Origin: an uncultured Chloroflexia bacterium
GTDB lineage: Bacteria; Chloroflexota; Limnocylindria; Limnocylindrales; CSP1-4
DNA: 64,000 nt
Assembly: GCA_963766735.1 (NCBI GenBank)
Contig: CAVYBU010000003.1
Location: 224,001-288,000, forward strand
Direction: 5' to 3'
Part shown: piece by piece, positions 18,729 through 27,603 of the stretch
Layout: each line of letters begins with the position of its first letter
How positions within the stretch are numbered: position 1 is the stretch's first letter
Notes under the pieces: generated by a model
What the model saw: only the letters and a program-made list of their open reading frames with translations
What the model was told of the DNA's origin: nothing
The model's database searches: none
Made by a program: the position numbers and the translations under genes

Positions 18729-18761
18729 AGCGTGGTGCGTGACCGGTACGGCTTCGTTACG
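18729..18761 (-). promoter_or_regulatory. Candidate SARP-binding heptamer repeats / promoter of the nucleoside hydrolase
   Basis: CGTAACG-aagc-CGTACCG-gtca-CGCACCA (11-bp period); CGTAACG-N20-CACGCT-N6-ATG(18722). Confidence 0.6.
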
Positions 18762-18770
18762 CGCCCGGCG

Positions 18771-19064
18771 TCAGCCTTCGTCGCGGACGACGGTCAGCCC
18801 GCGGGCGTGGGCCAGCGCCAGCACCCAGCCGGCGGCGCCCATCGCCGGGTCGCTCTCGAGCTCCGGCGCCTCGTCGCCGTCGTCCGCCCGGCCGGTGCCG
18901 CCCAGCAGGCGCAGGGTCCCGCCGTCGGCCGCCAGGCGGTCCAGGATCCGCTCGAGGTCCTCGCCGCCCACGGCCACGAACCGCGCTCCGGTGTCCACGG
19001 ACACGGAGCCGTCGGTCTCGGCGTAGAGCGTCAAGTCGGCGGACGCCCGGTCGCTGATGCCCAT
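18771..19064 (-). CDS. Hypothetical protein
   Basis: 97-aa ORF 9 nt downstream of the pmbA-like stop, with a TAGGA RBS-like sequence. Confidence 0.55.
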   Translation of the reverse strand: MGISDRASADLTLYAETDGSVSVDTGARFVAVGGEDLERILDRLAADGGTLRLLGGTGRADDGDEAPELESDPAMGAAGWVLALAHARGLTVVRDEG

Positions 19065-19073
19065 CGCCCGGTC

Positions 19074-20444
19074 CTACCCGGCCGCCGTGGCGCCGGTGAA
19101 CGAGAACGAGGAGAGCCGCAGCGACGGCACCACGCTCCCGCCCAGCATCCCGCGGATGCAGCGGCGCTCCCGGCTCACGGCCTCCACGTTCGCGAGCGCG
19201 TCCAGGTACGACATCGTGAAGCGGAGGTTCCGGACCGGCCCGACGATCCTGCCGCCCTCAACCAGGAAGGTCCCGTCGCGGGTCATGCCCGTGATGATCA
19301 CCTTCTTGGAGTGGACCGGGTTCGTGTAGTGGAACCGGGTGACCAGCAGCCCGCGATCCAGCCCGCCGACCAGGTCCTCCATGGATGCGTCGCCCGCGCT
19401 CATCACCATGTTGGTCGGGAACGGGCCCCACGGGTTCGGGGCGGGGAGGCCATGGCCGGTGGAGGCGTGGCCGGCTCTCGCGCCGGTCTGCTGGTCGAAC
19501 GCGAGATCCCGGCAGACGCCCGCGTCCAGGAGGGCCAGGCGCTGCTTCGGGACGCCCTCGGCATCGAAGCCCATCGGCGTGCCGGCGGGATCCCGGCCAT
19601 CGTCCGTGATGGTGACGAGCGGCGAGGCCACGCGCCGGCCGGCCTCCCAGAACGAGCGGTCCTCCTGGACCGCAAGAGCCGAGAACCCGAGGTACCCGAG
19701 CATGTCGAGCAGGTCCACCACCGCGTAGTGGTGGAGGACGACGGGGTAGTCGCCGGGGTCGATGGCGACGGGGTTGGCGCTGGCGCGGGCGCGCTCGGCA
19801 GACTCCCGACCGATCGTCGCGGCGTCGATCGTGGTGGCGTCGGTCGCGCACTGCTCCGCATAGCCGGTCCCATCGTCCGGGCCCATCGACACGGTCAGAA
19901 GCTGGCTCGTGGTCCGGCGCTCTGCGGCCCGGATGCCCCTGGAGTTCGCGACCGCGATCGCCTCCGCATCCGTGGAGAACGAGCCGAAGGCGGTGACCCC
20001 GGCCGCGTCCGCTGCCGCGATGACAGCCCGAGCGCCGTCGGCGCGCAGCTCCGGGGTGGCGTTGGCGGTCCCGTCGGACCACGCGATGGCAAGGGGCTCC
20101 GCGGCGCCGGCCTCGGGCAGTCCTGCCCAGTCTTCCAGCTCCTCGACGTTGGCGGCGATGGCCACGGCGCGCTCGACCAGCGCCCGCACGCCCTCGGCGT
20201 CGACGCGACCCGTCGATGCCACACCCACCCGCCGTCCCTTGACGACGCGCAGGCTGACGAGGACCTCGGCGCTGGCGACGTTCTGGTGGATCTCGCTGTT
20301 GGCAAAGCGGGTCAGGGACGACTCGCCGGCCACGACCAGGGCTTCGGCCTCGGTGGCGCCCGCCGCCCCGGCCAGCCGGACGGCGTCCTCCGCGAGGCGA
20401 AGCGCCGCCTCCGGGTCCGACCCGGTGCCGTCTCGCACGGTCAT
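19074..20444 (-). CDS. pmbA: TldD/PmbA family protein (PmbA/TldE-type partner)
   Basis: LTRFANSEIHQN, FDAEG, GLLVTRFHY, TGMTRDG; ATGA overlap with tldD. Confidence 0.88.
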   Translation of the reverse strand: MTVRDGTGSDPEAALRLAEDAVRLAGAAGATEAEALVVAGESSLTRFANSEIHQNVASAEVLVSLRVVKGRRVGVASTGRVDAEGVRALVERAVAIAANVEELEDWAGLPEAGAAEPLAIAWSDGTANATPELRADGARAVIAAADAAGVTAFGSFSTDAEAIAVANSRGIRAAERRTTSQLLTVSMGPDDGTGYAEQCATDATTIDAATIGRESAERARASANPVAIDPGDYPVVLHHYAVVDLLDMLGYLGFSALAVQEDRSFWEAGRRVASPLVTITDDGRDPAGTPMGFDAEGVPKQRLALLDAGVCRDLAFDQQTGARAGHASTGHGLPAPNPWGPFPTNMVMSAGDASMEDLVGGLDRGLLVTRFHYTNPVHSKKVIITGMTRDGTFLVEGGRIVGPVRNLRFTMSYLDALANVEAVSRERRCIRGMLGGSVVPSLRLSSFSFTGATAAG

Positions 20445-21883
20445 GCCACCACCCCCACGCGCACGTTGCGGAATCGGGCGCCCGAGACGCCGTGGCCCAC
20501 GTGGCCGGACTGGGGCGGTTCGCCCTTGCCGCAGTTCGGTGTGCCCCACATCTGCCACGAAGACGCGTCGCCAACAGCGTCCATCGACCGCCACAGCTCG
20601 TAGGTGATGCCGGTGTACGTCCCGTTGCGGAACAGCCGGCCCACCTTGCCTCCCTTGACCTCGCGGCAGATCTCGGTTCCGAACTGGAAGTTGAGGCGCC
20701 GGTCGTCGATCGACCAGCTGCGGTTCGTCTCGAACAGGAGGCCGTCGTCCGTGTCCGCGACGATGTCCTCGAAGCTCATCCCCGGCTTCGGCAGCAGGTT
20801 CACGTTGGTCATCCGGATCAGGGGAATGCGGTTCCAGCCGTCGGCGCGCATCGCCCCGCCGGACCGGCGCCCGATGCGGGGTGCGGTCTCGCGAGAGCTG
20901 AGGTAGCCGACGAACATGCCCTCCTTCACGAGCGCGACCTGTTGCGCCGCGACGCCCTCGTCGTCCCAGCCGAAGGTTCCCAGGCCGCCCGGGACCGTGG
21001 CGTCGGCCACGATGTCGCACAGGTCCGAGCCGTAGCGGAAGCCGTCGAGCATGTCCGGCGTGAGGAAGCTGGTGCCCGCGTAGCTCGCCTCGCTGCCGAA
21101 GGCCCGATCGAGCTCCGTCGGGTGTCCGCAGCTCTCGTGCACCTGCATGTAGAGCTGGCTGGGGTGCAGGAGGATGGTCCGCGTCCCGGCGGGGAGAGGC
21201 GGCGCGGTCAGCAGCTCAACGGCCTCCGACGCGATGCGCTCAGCGTTGCCGGCAAGGTCCAGGCCACGAACCCACTCGTAGCCGGCCGAGGCCCAGGCGC
21301 CGCCGTTGTCGGGGTAGCTCCGGCGCTGGTGCTCGTCGCCGTCGATGGCATTGGCTTCCAGGCCGCTGCCGACGTGGGTGATGACCTGCTCCGTGTAGCT
21401 GCCGTCCGAGGCGGCGAAGGTCTTCCACTCCCGCTGCGCGGCGTAGAGCGATTCCGTCCAGGCGACCCCCTTGACGGCATTCAGGGCGCGGTCGGCGGCG
21501 AGCAGGTCCGCGATCTTGCGCTCCAGCGGGACCGCGAACGGGTCTTCCGCCACGGGCGTCTCGAAGAGGCCGTTGGCGGGCGGGCGGTCGTCCAGCAGGA
21601 CGGGGTGGCGGAGAGCGGTGGCAGAGGCCTTCGCGATGCGGATGGCCTGCGCTGCGACGCGGTCCGCCTCCGTGTTGGTCAGGTCGTGGCTGGAGGCGAA
21701 CCCCCAGGCGCCGTCCACGAGGACACGGACACCGAAGCCCTCGCTCTCACCGGACTGGACGCCCTCCACGCGGGTGGACTTGATGTTGATCGATTCCTCG
21801 AGCCGCCGGACAACGCGCACATCCGCGTACGTGGCGCCCAGGGCGTTGGCCGTGTCGAGGGCACGGCTTGTCAGATCTCGCAT
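20441..21883 (-). CDS. tldD: TldD family metalloprotease
   Basis: HESCGH (HExxGH), WDDEG, RMTN, CGKG. Confidence 0.92.
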   Translation of the reverse strand: MRDLTSRALDTANALGATYADVRVVRRLEESINIKSTRVEGVQSGESEGFGVRVLVDGAWGFASSHDLTNTEADRVAAQAIRIAKASATALRHPVLLDDRPPANGLFETPVAEDPFAVPLERKIADLLAADRALNAVKGVAWTESLYAAQREWKTFAASDGSYTEQVITHVGSGLEANAIDGDEHQRRSYPDNGGAWASAGYEWVRGLDLAGNAERIASEAVELLTAPPLPAGTRTILLHPSQLYMQVHESCGHPTELDRAFGSEASYAGTSFLTPDMLDGFRYGSDLCDIVADATVPGGLGTFGWDDEGVAAQQVALVKEGMFVGYLSSRETAPRIGRRSGGAMRADGWNRIPLIRMTNVNLLPKPGMSFEDIVADTDDGLLFETNRSWSIDDRRLNFQFGTEICREVKGGKVGRLFRNGTYTGITYELWRSMDAVGDASSWQMWGTPNCGKGEPPQSGHVGHGVSGARFRNVRVGVVA

Positions 21884-21996
21884 TGGGACCGAGGGTAGCG
21901 CGTGGGGCGCCGGTTGGCGCTAGGGCGAATCTCGTACTCGCGGGCGCCGGGGCTCGCGGGCGCCGGGGCTCGCGCGCTTCGTCGCCGGAGCTCCCC

Positions 21997-22088
21997 GGGA
22001 CCTTTGGCCCCCGAGGCCGGCCCCCATCGGCCCTGTGTGCCCGGGCCGCCGGGTCCCGAAATTACCCCAACCCGACGACCTTCGGCTC
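21997..22088 (+). promoter_or_regulatory. DevR/DosR-like boxes upstream of the hydrogenase operon
   Basis: GGGAC-CTTT-GGCCC (21997-22010) and ACGAC-CTTC-GGCTC (22075-22088). Confidence 0.4.
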
Positions 22089-22186
22089 CCAGCGCCTGGA
22101 GCTGGTGACCGACCAGGGCGTCGCGCACGTCCCGGGGTGTTCGCGCATCGGCCCGACACCTGCAAGCTGACCTGGAGGAGTACGAG

Positions 22187-23410
22187 ATGGGCGATGCCGG
22201 AGGGCTCCCTGCGAGTCCCGTCCTGCCTGCGAGCGCGAGCGCCGCGCCGCCTCCGGTCGCCGACCAGTCAGGGAACTGGCTGCAGGCGGCCCTCGAGTAC
22301 CAGGGCATCAGTCGCCGCCGGTTCCTGGGCTTCGCGTCCGCGATGACCGCGCTGCTGGCGCTGCCGGCGTCGATGACCCCGAGGATCGTCAACGCCCTCG
22401 AGACGAAGCCGAAGCCCACCGTCATCTGGATGGAGTTCCAGGACTGCGCCGGCAACACCGAGTCGATGCTCCGCAGCAGCCACCCGGCGATCGCCGACAT
22501 CGTCCTGGACGCCATCTCGCTCGAGTACCACGAGACGATCATGGCGGGAGCCGGCTCGGCTGCCGAGAAGGTCCGCGAGGACATCGTCAAGAGCGGCCAG
22601 CCCTACGTCCTGATTGTCGAGGGTTCGATCCCCACGGCCGAGAACGGCATCTACTGCACCATCGGCGGGCGCACGGCGTTGGACCTGCTCAGGGAGACGG
22701 CCGCAGGCGCAGCCCTCGTGATCGCGGTTGGTGCGTGTGCCTGGGACGGCGGCTTCCCGCGGCTCGGCCCCACCGGCGCGGTGGGCGTCGGCGACGTCAT
22801 CGGCGACAAGGCGCTGGTGAACCTCGGCGGCTGCCCGCACAACGCGGCCAACACCACCGCCACGCTCGTCCACTACCTGACGTTCGGCTCGGCGCCCGCG
22901 CTGGACCAGTACAACCGACCCCTGTTCGCCTACGGCCACCTCATCCACGACCAATGCGAGCGCAGGGCGCACTTCGACGCCGGCCGCTTCGTGGAGGAGT
23001 GGGGCGACGAGGGTCACCGCAACGGCTGGTGCCTCTACAAGACCGGCTGCAAGGGGCCACAGGCGACCTACAACTGTCCGATCGTGCGCTGGAACGACGG
23101 CGTGAACTGGCCGATCGGTGCCGGGCACGGCTGCGTTGCCTGCGCTTCGCCCCGGTTCTGGGAGCGAATGAGCCCGTTCTACGAGCGGCTCCCGGGCGTG
23201 CAGATGTTCGGCGGTGACGTGGACGCCCAGACCATCGGCCTGGCCGCCGTCGGGTTCGTCGGCATCGCCACGGTCGCCCACGGTGCGGGCGTCGCCGCTC
23301 GACGGGCGAGAGAGCGGAAACGAGCGACGGTCGCCCCGGATGGGACCGTCGTGCCCGAGACCACGCCCACCCCCGCCGAGGCGTCGGACGACGCCGGCAC
23401 CAACGCGTAG
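22187..23410 (+). CDS. [NiFe]-hydrogenase small subunit (group 1, Tat-exported, C-terminal TM anchor)
   Basis: SRRRFL Tat motif, QDCAGN, VEGSIP, GACA, GCP, HDQCERR, CLYKTGCKGP, GHGCVAC; GGAGG RBS. Confidence 0.96.
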   Translation: MGDAGGLPASPVLPASASAAPPPVADQSGNWLQAALEYQGISRRRFLGFASAMTALLALPASMTPRIVNALETKPKPTVIWMEFQDCAGNTESMLRSSHPAIADIVLDAISLEYHETIMAGAGSAAEKVREDIVKSGQPYVLIVEGSIPTAENGIYCTIGGRTALDLLRETAAGAALVIAVGACAWDGGFPRLGPTGAVGVGDVIGDKALVNLGGCPHNAANTTATLVHYLTFGSAPALDQYNRPLFAYGHLIHDQCERRAHFDAGRFVEEWGDEGHRNGWCLYKTGCKGPQATYNCPIVRWNDGVNWPIGAGHGCVACASPRFWERMSPFYERLPGVQMFGGDVDAQTIGLAAVGFVGIATVAHGAGVAARRARERKRATVAPDGTVVPETTPTPAEASDDAGTNA

Positions 23411-23419
23411 GAGCGGACG

Positions 23420-25132
23420 ATGGCCGATCGAATCGTCATCGATCCCGTCACACGGATCGAAGGTCACCTCCGGATCGAAGCGCAGGTCGAGGGTGGCAAG
23501 GTCAGCGCCGCCTACTCGTCCGGCACGATGTTCCGGGGCATGGAGCTCATCCTCAAGGGCCGCGATCCGCGCGAGGCATGGATCTGGGCACAGCGCATCT
23601 GCGGCGTCTGCACCACGGTCCACGCGCACACGTCGGTCTACGCGGTCGAGGACGCGCTGGGCGTGGAGATCCCGCCCAACGCCCGCCTGATCCGCAACCT
23701 GATCGCCGGCGCCCAGCACATCCAGGACCACGTCATCCACTTCTACCACCTGCACGCCCTGGACTGGGTGGACGTGGCCAGCTCCCTCGCCGCCAACCCG
23801 GCCGCGACCTCCAGGCTCGCCCAGTCGATCTCCCCCTGGGGCCTGAGCTCCGAGCAGTACTTCGCCGGTGTCCAGGCCCGGGTGAAGAAGCTTGTGGACT
23901 CAGGCCAGCTCAGCCTCTTCGCCAGCGGGTACTGGGGCCACCCGGCCTACAGGCTGCCGCCAGAGGCCAACCTCATGGCAGTCGCGCACTACCTCGAGGC
24001 CCTCACCTGGCAGCGCGAGGTCATCCAGATCCACGCTGTTCTCGGTGGCAAGAACCCTCATCCGCAGACGTACCTCGTCGGCGGCATGGCCTCGGCAGTG
24101 GACCCGAACTCGCCCAACGTCATCAACTGGGAGCGACTCACCTTCCTCAAGTCGCGCATCGACCAGATGCGGGAGTTCGTCACCCAGGTCTACGTGCCCG
24201 ACGTGAAGGCCGTGGCCGCGTTCTACCCGGAGTGGTGGGAGCTGGGTGCAGGCCACAAGAACTACCTCTCCTACGGTGGCCTGCAGGGCGGCAACCGGGA
24301 CGACGAGGCAAAGTTCGGCTTCAACCGCGGGATCATCGTCGGCGGCGACATCGGCAACCTCGTCCCGCTCGACCAGGCCAAGATCACCGAGGCGATCGCC
24401 CACTCCTACTACGAGTACGGCGGCGGCGATCAGGCCGCGCTGCACCCGTGGGATGGCGAGACGAAGCCGAAGTACACGGGCCCGACGCCCCCGTTCGAGA
24501 GCCTCGACGTCGAGGCCAAGTACTCGTGGCTGAAGTCGCCGCGCTACGACGGCATGCCGATGGAGGTGGGCCCGCTGGCCCGCATGCTCGTTGGCTACGC
24601 GGCCGGCAACCCGCGGATCCAGGAGATCGTGAACGGTGCGCTCACGGAGCTCAAGCTGCCCGCGACGGCGCTGTTCTCGACGCTCGGCCGGGTCGCCGCC
24701 CGCGCGCTCGAGACCGTCTACCTCCTGGACATGATGGACGGCTGGCTCGCCGAGCTCACGAACAACATGGAGTCCGGCGACCTGCGCATCCACGAAGGCG
24801 GCAAGTGGGATCCGTCAACCTGGCCCGACGAGGCCGAGGGCTGGGGCTTCCACGAGGCGCCGCGCGGCGCCCTGGGGCACTGGATCAAGATCAAGGACAA
24901 GAAGATCGAGAACTACCAGGCGGTCGTCCCCTCGACCTGGAACGCCGGACCGCGCGACGCGGGCGGCGTGCCCGGACCCTACGAGGCGTCGCTCGAGGGC
25001 ACGCCCGTCGCCGTCCCCGAGCAGCCGCTGGAGCTGCTGCGCACCATCCACTCGTTCGACCCGTGCCTCGCCTGCGCGGTCCACGTCGTGGACGCCACCG
25101 GCAAGGAGCGGGTGCGCGTCGAGGTGCGGTGA
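23420..25132 (+). CDS. [NiFe]-hydrogenase large subunit (group 1)
   Basis: DPVTRIEGH, L1 QRICGVC, L2 FDPCLACAVH plus cleavable C-terminal extension. Confidence 0.97.
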   Translation: MADRIVIDPVTRIEGHLRIEAQVEGGKVSAAYSSGTMFRGMELILKGRDPREAWIWAQRICGVCTTVHAHTSVYAVEDALGVEIPPNARLIRNLIAGAQHIQDHVIHFYHLHALDWVDVASSLAANPAATSRLAQSISPWGLSSEQYFAGVQARVKKLVDSGQLSLFASGYWGHPAYRLPPEANLMAVAHYLEALTWQREVIQIHAVLGGKNPHPQTYLVGGMASAVDPNSPNVINWERLTFLKSRIDQMREFVTQVYVPDVKAVAAFYPEWWELGAGHKNYLSYGGLQGGNRDDEAKFGFNRGIIVGGDIGNLVPLDQAKITEAIAHSYYEYGGGDQAALHPWDGETKPKYTGPTPPFESLDVEAKYSWLKSPRYDGMPMEVGPLARMLVGYAAGNPRIQEIVNGALTELKLPATALFSTLGRVAARALETVYLLDMMDGWLAELTNNMESGDLRIHEGGKWDPSTWPDEAEGWGFHEAPRGALGHWIKIKDKKIENYQAVVPSTWNAGPRDAGGVPGPYEASLEGTPVAVPEQPLELLRTIHSFDPCLACAVHVVDATGKERVRVEVR

Positions 25133-25968
25133 TGGCCGCCGTCACCCAACCCCGGCCCACCGTCCCGAGCGACGACGAAAGGATCGGCTCGCAGCCGATC
25201 TACGTATGGGAGGTCCCGGTCCGGGTCACCCACTGGCTGATCGTCATCTCGATCGTCGTGCTCAGCGTGACCGGGATGTACATCCACGGGCCGTTCCTCG
25301 TGCCGTCGTCGCCGCTCGAGGCAAGCTCCCAGATGGCGAGCGTGCGCTTCTGGCACGAGATCTTCGCGATCGTGTTCAGCCTGTCGGTCGCCGTCCGCTT
25401 CTACTGGGGCTTCGTGGGCAACAGCTTCTCGAGCTGGAGCCAGATCATCCCCCACCGTCGAGACCAGTTCTACTGGCTCAAGGAGATGGGCAGGTACTAC
25501 TCGTTCCGGCGCCGGCACCCGGTGCCGTACACGGGCCACAACCATCTCGCGGGCCTCGCCTACACGGTCGTCTCCGTGGGCCTGTTCGCACAGGTGCTGA
25601 CGGGGTTGCTCCTGTTCGGCTGGATCATGCCCGCGGGTCCGTTCCACGTGCTCTTCGGGTGGGGGAACGCGGTCCCCGGCGGCATCCAGTTCGTCCGGTT
25701 CCTGCACAACCTGCTCACGTTCCTGTTCCTCGCCTTCGCGATCCACCACGTGTACAGCGCGATCCTGGTGGACATCGAGGAGCGCATCGGCGTCATGTCA
25801 TCGATGTTCAGTGGCTACAAGAACATCCGGACCGAGCAGACCGTCGAGGCCCTCGGTCTCGTCGGTCACGCCCCGGAGGAGAAGGCGCGCGCCCAGGCCG
25901 AGGAACGGGCCAACGGCAACCGGGCCAACGGCAAGGGCAGCGGCACGGGCAACGGCGCCGATGCATGA
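25132..25968 (+). CDS. Ni/Fe-hydrogenase b-type cytochrome subunit
   Basis: YVWEVPVRVTHW, GHNHL, RFLH, IHHVY..SSMFSGYK; TGATG coupling to the large subunit. Confidence 0.93.
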   Translation: MAAVTQPRPTVPSDDERIGSQPIYVWEVPVRVTHWLIVISIVVLSVTGMYIHGPFLVPSSPLEASSQMASVRFWHEIFAIVFSLSVAVRFYWGFVGNSFSSWSQIIPHRRDQFYWLKEMGRYYSFRRRHPVPYTGHNHLAGLAYTVVSVGLFAQVLTGLLLFGWIMPAGPFHVLFGWGNAVPGGIQFVRFLHNLLTFLFLAFAIHHVYSAILVDIEERIGVMSSMFSGYKNIRTEQTVEALGLVGHAPEEKARAQAEERANGNRANGKGSGTGNGADA

Positions 25969-26293
25969 AGCCGGCCTCCTGGCCGCGGCGGTGGCCGATG
26001 CCCTCGCTGCGGCCGGACCGGGCCGACCGCGTCCCGTCGCGGTGGAGATCCGCATCCACGACCCCGTCCATGTCGCCCCGGAGTCTGCGCGCCTGCACGC
26101 GGAGCTCGCCCTCCGGGCACGTGGCCTGGACGACGTCGCCATCGAGGTGACCGCGGACCCCGTCGTCTGCGTGCTGTGCGACACGTCAAACGAGGCGCGG
26201 GCGGAACACCCCTTCTGCGCCGAGTGCGGCTGGCCCCTGCCCGACAAGGGCGGCCACGCCGTCGAGGCAACCCTGCGCTGGGCGTCGGCGTGA
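25961..26293 (+). CDS. HypA/HybF-like nickel metallochaperone (divergent)
   Basis: N-terminal MHE and two CxxC motifs (CVLC, CAEC). Confidence 0.75.
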   Translation: MHEAGLLAAAVADALAAAGPGRPRPVAVEIRIHDPVHVAPESARLHAELALRARGLDDVAIEVTADPVVCVLCDTSNEARAEHPFCAECGWPLPDKGGHAVEATLRWASA

Positions 26294-26778
26294 GCCGCTA
26301 CGCGGTCCTCGGGCTGGGCAACCGGCTCGAGACGGACGAGGCGCTGGGCGCGCTGGTGGTCGAGCAGCTCCTGTCGGAGCCCCATCACCTGGCCGGGCTG
26401 CCGGATCGGGACTCGGTGGAGCTGATCGATGGCGGGACGGTCGGTCTCGCGCTGCTGCCGTACCTGATGGACCTGGACGGCCTGCTGGTGGTGGACGTCA
26501 TCAACGCCGACCGTGCGCCGGGCACGCTGATCGACATGGACGGAGCGTCGCTCATCCGCCACGAGCAGGTGATGAGCGTCCATGACCTTGGGGCCGGGGA
26601 GCTCCTCGGCGCGCTGCACGTGCTGGAGGCCTGGCCAAGACGCGTGCGGGTCATCGGGCTGGAGCCGCACACGATTGAGCTGGGGCTGGAGCTCACGCCG
26701 CCCGTTGCCGCCGGGGTCCCGGGTCTGCTTGACGCGATCACCGGCCACCTTGGGGACTGGCAGCGCGCGGACGCATAG
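26290..26778 (+). CDS. Hydrogenase maturation endopeptidase (HyaD/HybD family)
   Basis: LGLGNRLETDEALG, IDGGT, SVHD; GTGA overlap. Confidence 0.92.
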   Translation: MSRYAVLGLGNRLETDEALGALVVEQLLSEPHHLAGLPDRDSVELIDGGTVGLALLPYLMDLDGLLVVDVINADRAPGTLIDMDGASLIRHEQVMSVHDLGAGELLGALHVLEAWPRRVRVIGLEPHTIELGLELTPPVAAGVPGLLDAITGHLGDWQRADA

Positions 26779-26884
26779 GCCGGTGGCCGGCGTGGCGCCG
26801 CAGTTCCGGGCCTGCGCGCGGGACCGCGGTCCCGGCCGGCGGTCGGACGCCAGGGCCGCGGCGCCATCCTCTACACTCGACAGC

Positions 26885-27559
26885 GTGTCCGCGACCATTG
26901 CCCGGCGAGGCGTCTTCATCACCCTCGAGGGCCCGGATGGGTCCGGCAAGTCCAGCCTGATGCCCCGGCTGGCAGGGGTTCTGCGGGCGCGCGGCTGCGA
27001 CGTGGTCGCGACGCGAGAGCCCGGTTCCACCCCCTTGGGCGAGCAGATGCGCCGGCTGGTGCTGGACACGGAGCCCCGCATCGACCGCACGGGCCGCGCG
27101 GACGCGCTGCTGTTCGCCGCCTCGCGGGCCCAGCACGTTGCGGAGATCATCGAGCCCGCCATCGCGCGCGGTGCCGTGGTCCTCTGCGACAGGTACGCAG
27201 ACTCCTCGCTCGCCTATCAGGGGGCCGGCTCCGGGGTGCCGATGGACGAGCTGCGCGCGGTCCAGCACTTCGCCACGGGTGGCCTCGCCCCCGACCTGAC
27301 GATCCTCCTGGACCTGCCCGTGGAGGCCGGTCTGAGCCGCAAGGCGGACGAGGTCACGCGGTTCGAGGCGTACCAGGATCTCGCCTATCACGAGCGCGTG
27401 CGCGCGGCCTTCCTGGGGTTCGCGGCCGCGGAGCCTGACCGCTACGCAATCGTGGACGCGAGCGGGGACGCGGACACCGTCCTCGAAGGCGCAGTGGCTG
27501 CGCTGGCCCGCATCGCGGACAGGCTGCCGTGCCCCGGAGGGCCAACCCGCCTCGCCTGA
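26885..27559 (+). CDS. tmk: Thymidylate (dTMP) kinase
   Basis: FITLEGPDGSGKS, TREPG, CDRY.DSSLAYQG, PDLTILLD. Confidence 0.96.
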   Translation: MSATIARRGVFITLEGPDGSGKSSLMPRLAGVLRARGCDVVATREPGSTPLGEQMRRLVLDTEPRIDRTGRADALLFAASRAQHVAEIIEPAIARGAVVLCDRYADSSLAYQGAGSGVPMDELRAVQHFATGGLAPDLTILLDLPVEAGLSRKADEVTRFEAYQDLAYHERVRAAFLGFAAAEPDRYAIVDASGDADTVLEGAVAALARIADRLPCPGGPTRLA

Positions 27560-27603
27560 CCTGCCCGGCGGGCAGCCCGATCGTGCCCGGCGCCTCGCCT
27601 GAC

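Noticed and set aside
21937-21974. 16-bp tandem duplication CTCGCGGGCGCCGGGG
   Set aside because: Only about 2.4 GC-rich copies with no spacers; likely slippage, not CRISPR
23578-25131. 796-aa ORF apparently extending cytochrome b upstream
   Set aside because: Overlaps the large subunit in another frame; the real start is the coupled ATG at 25132
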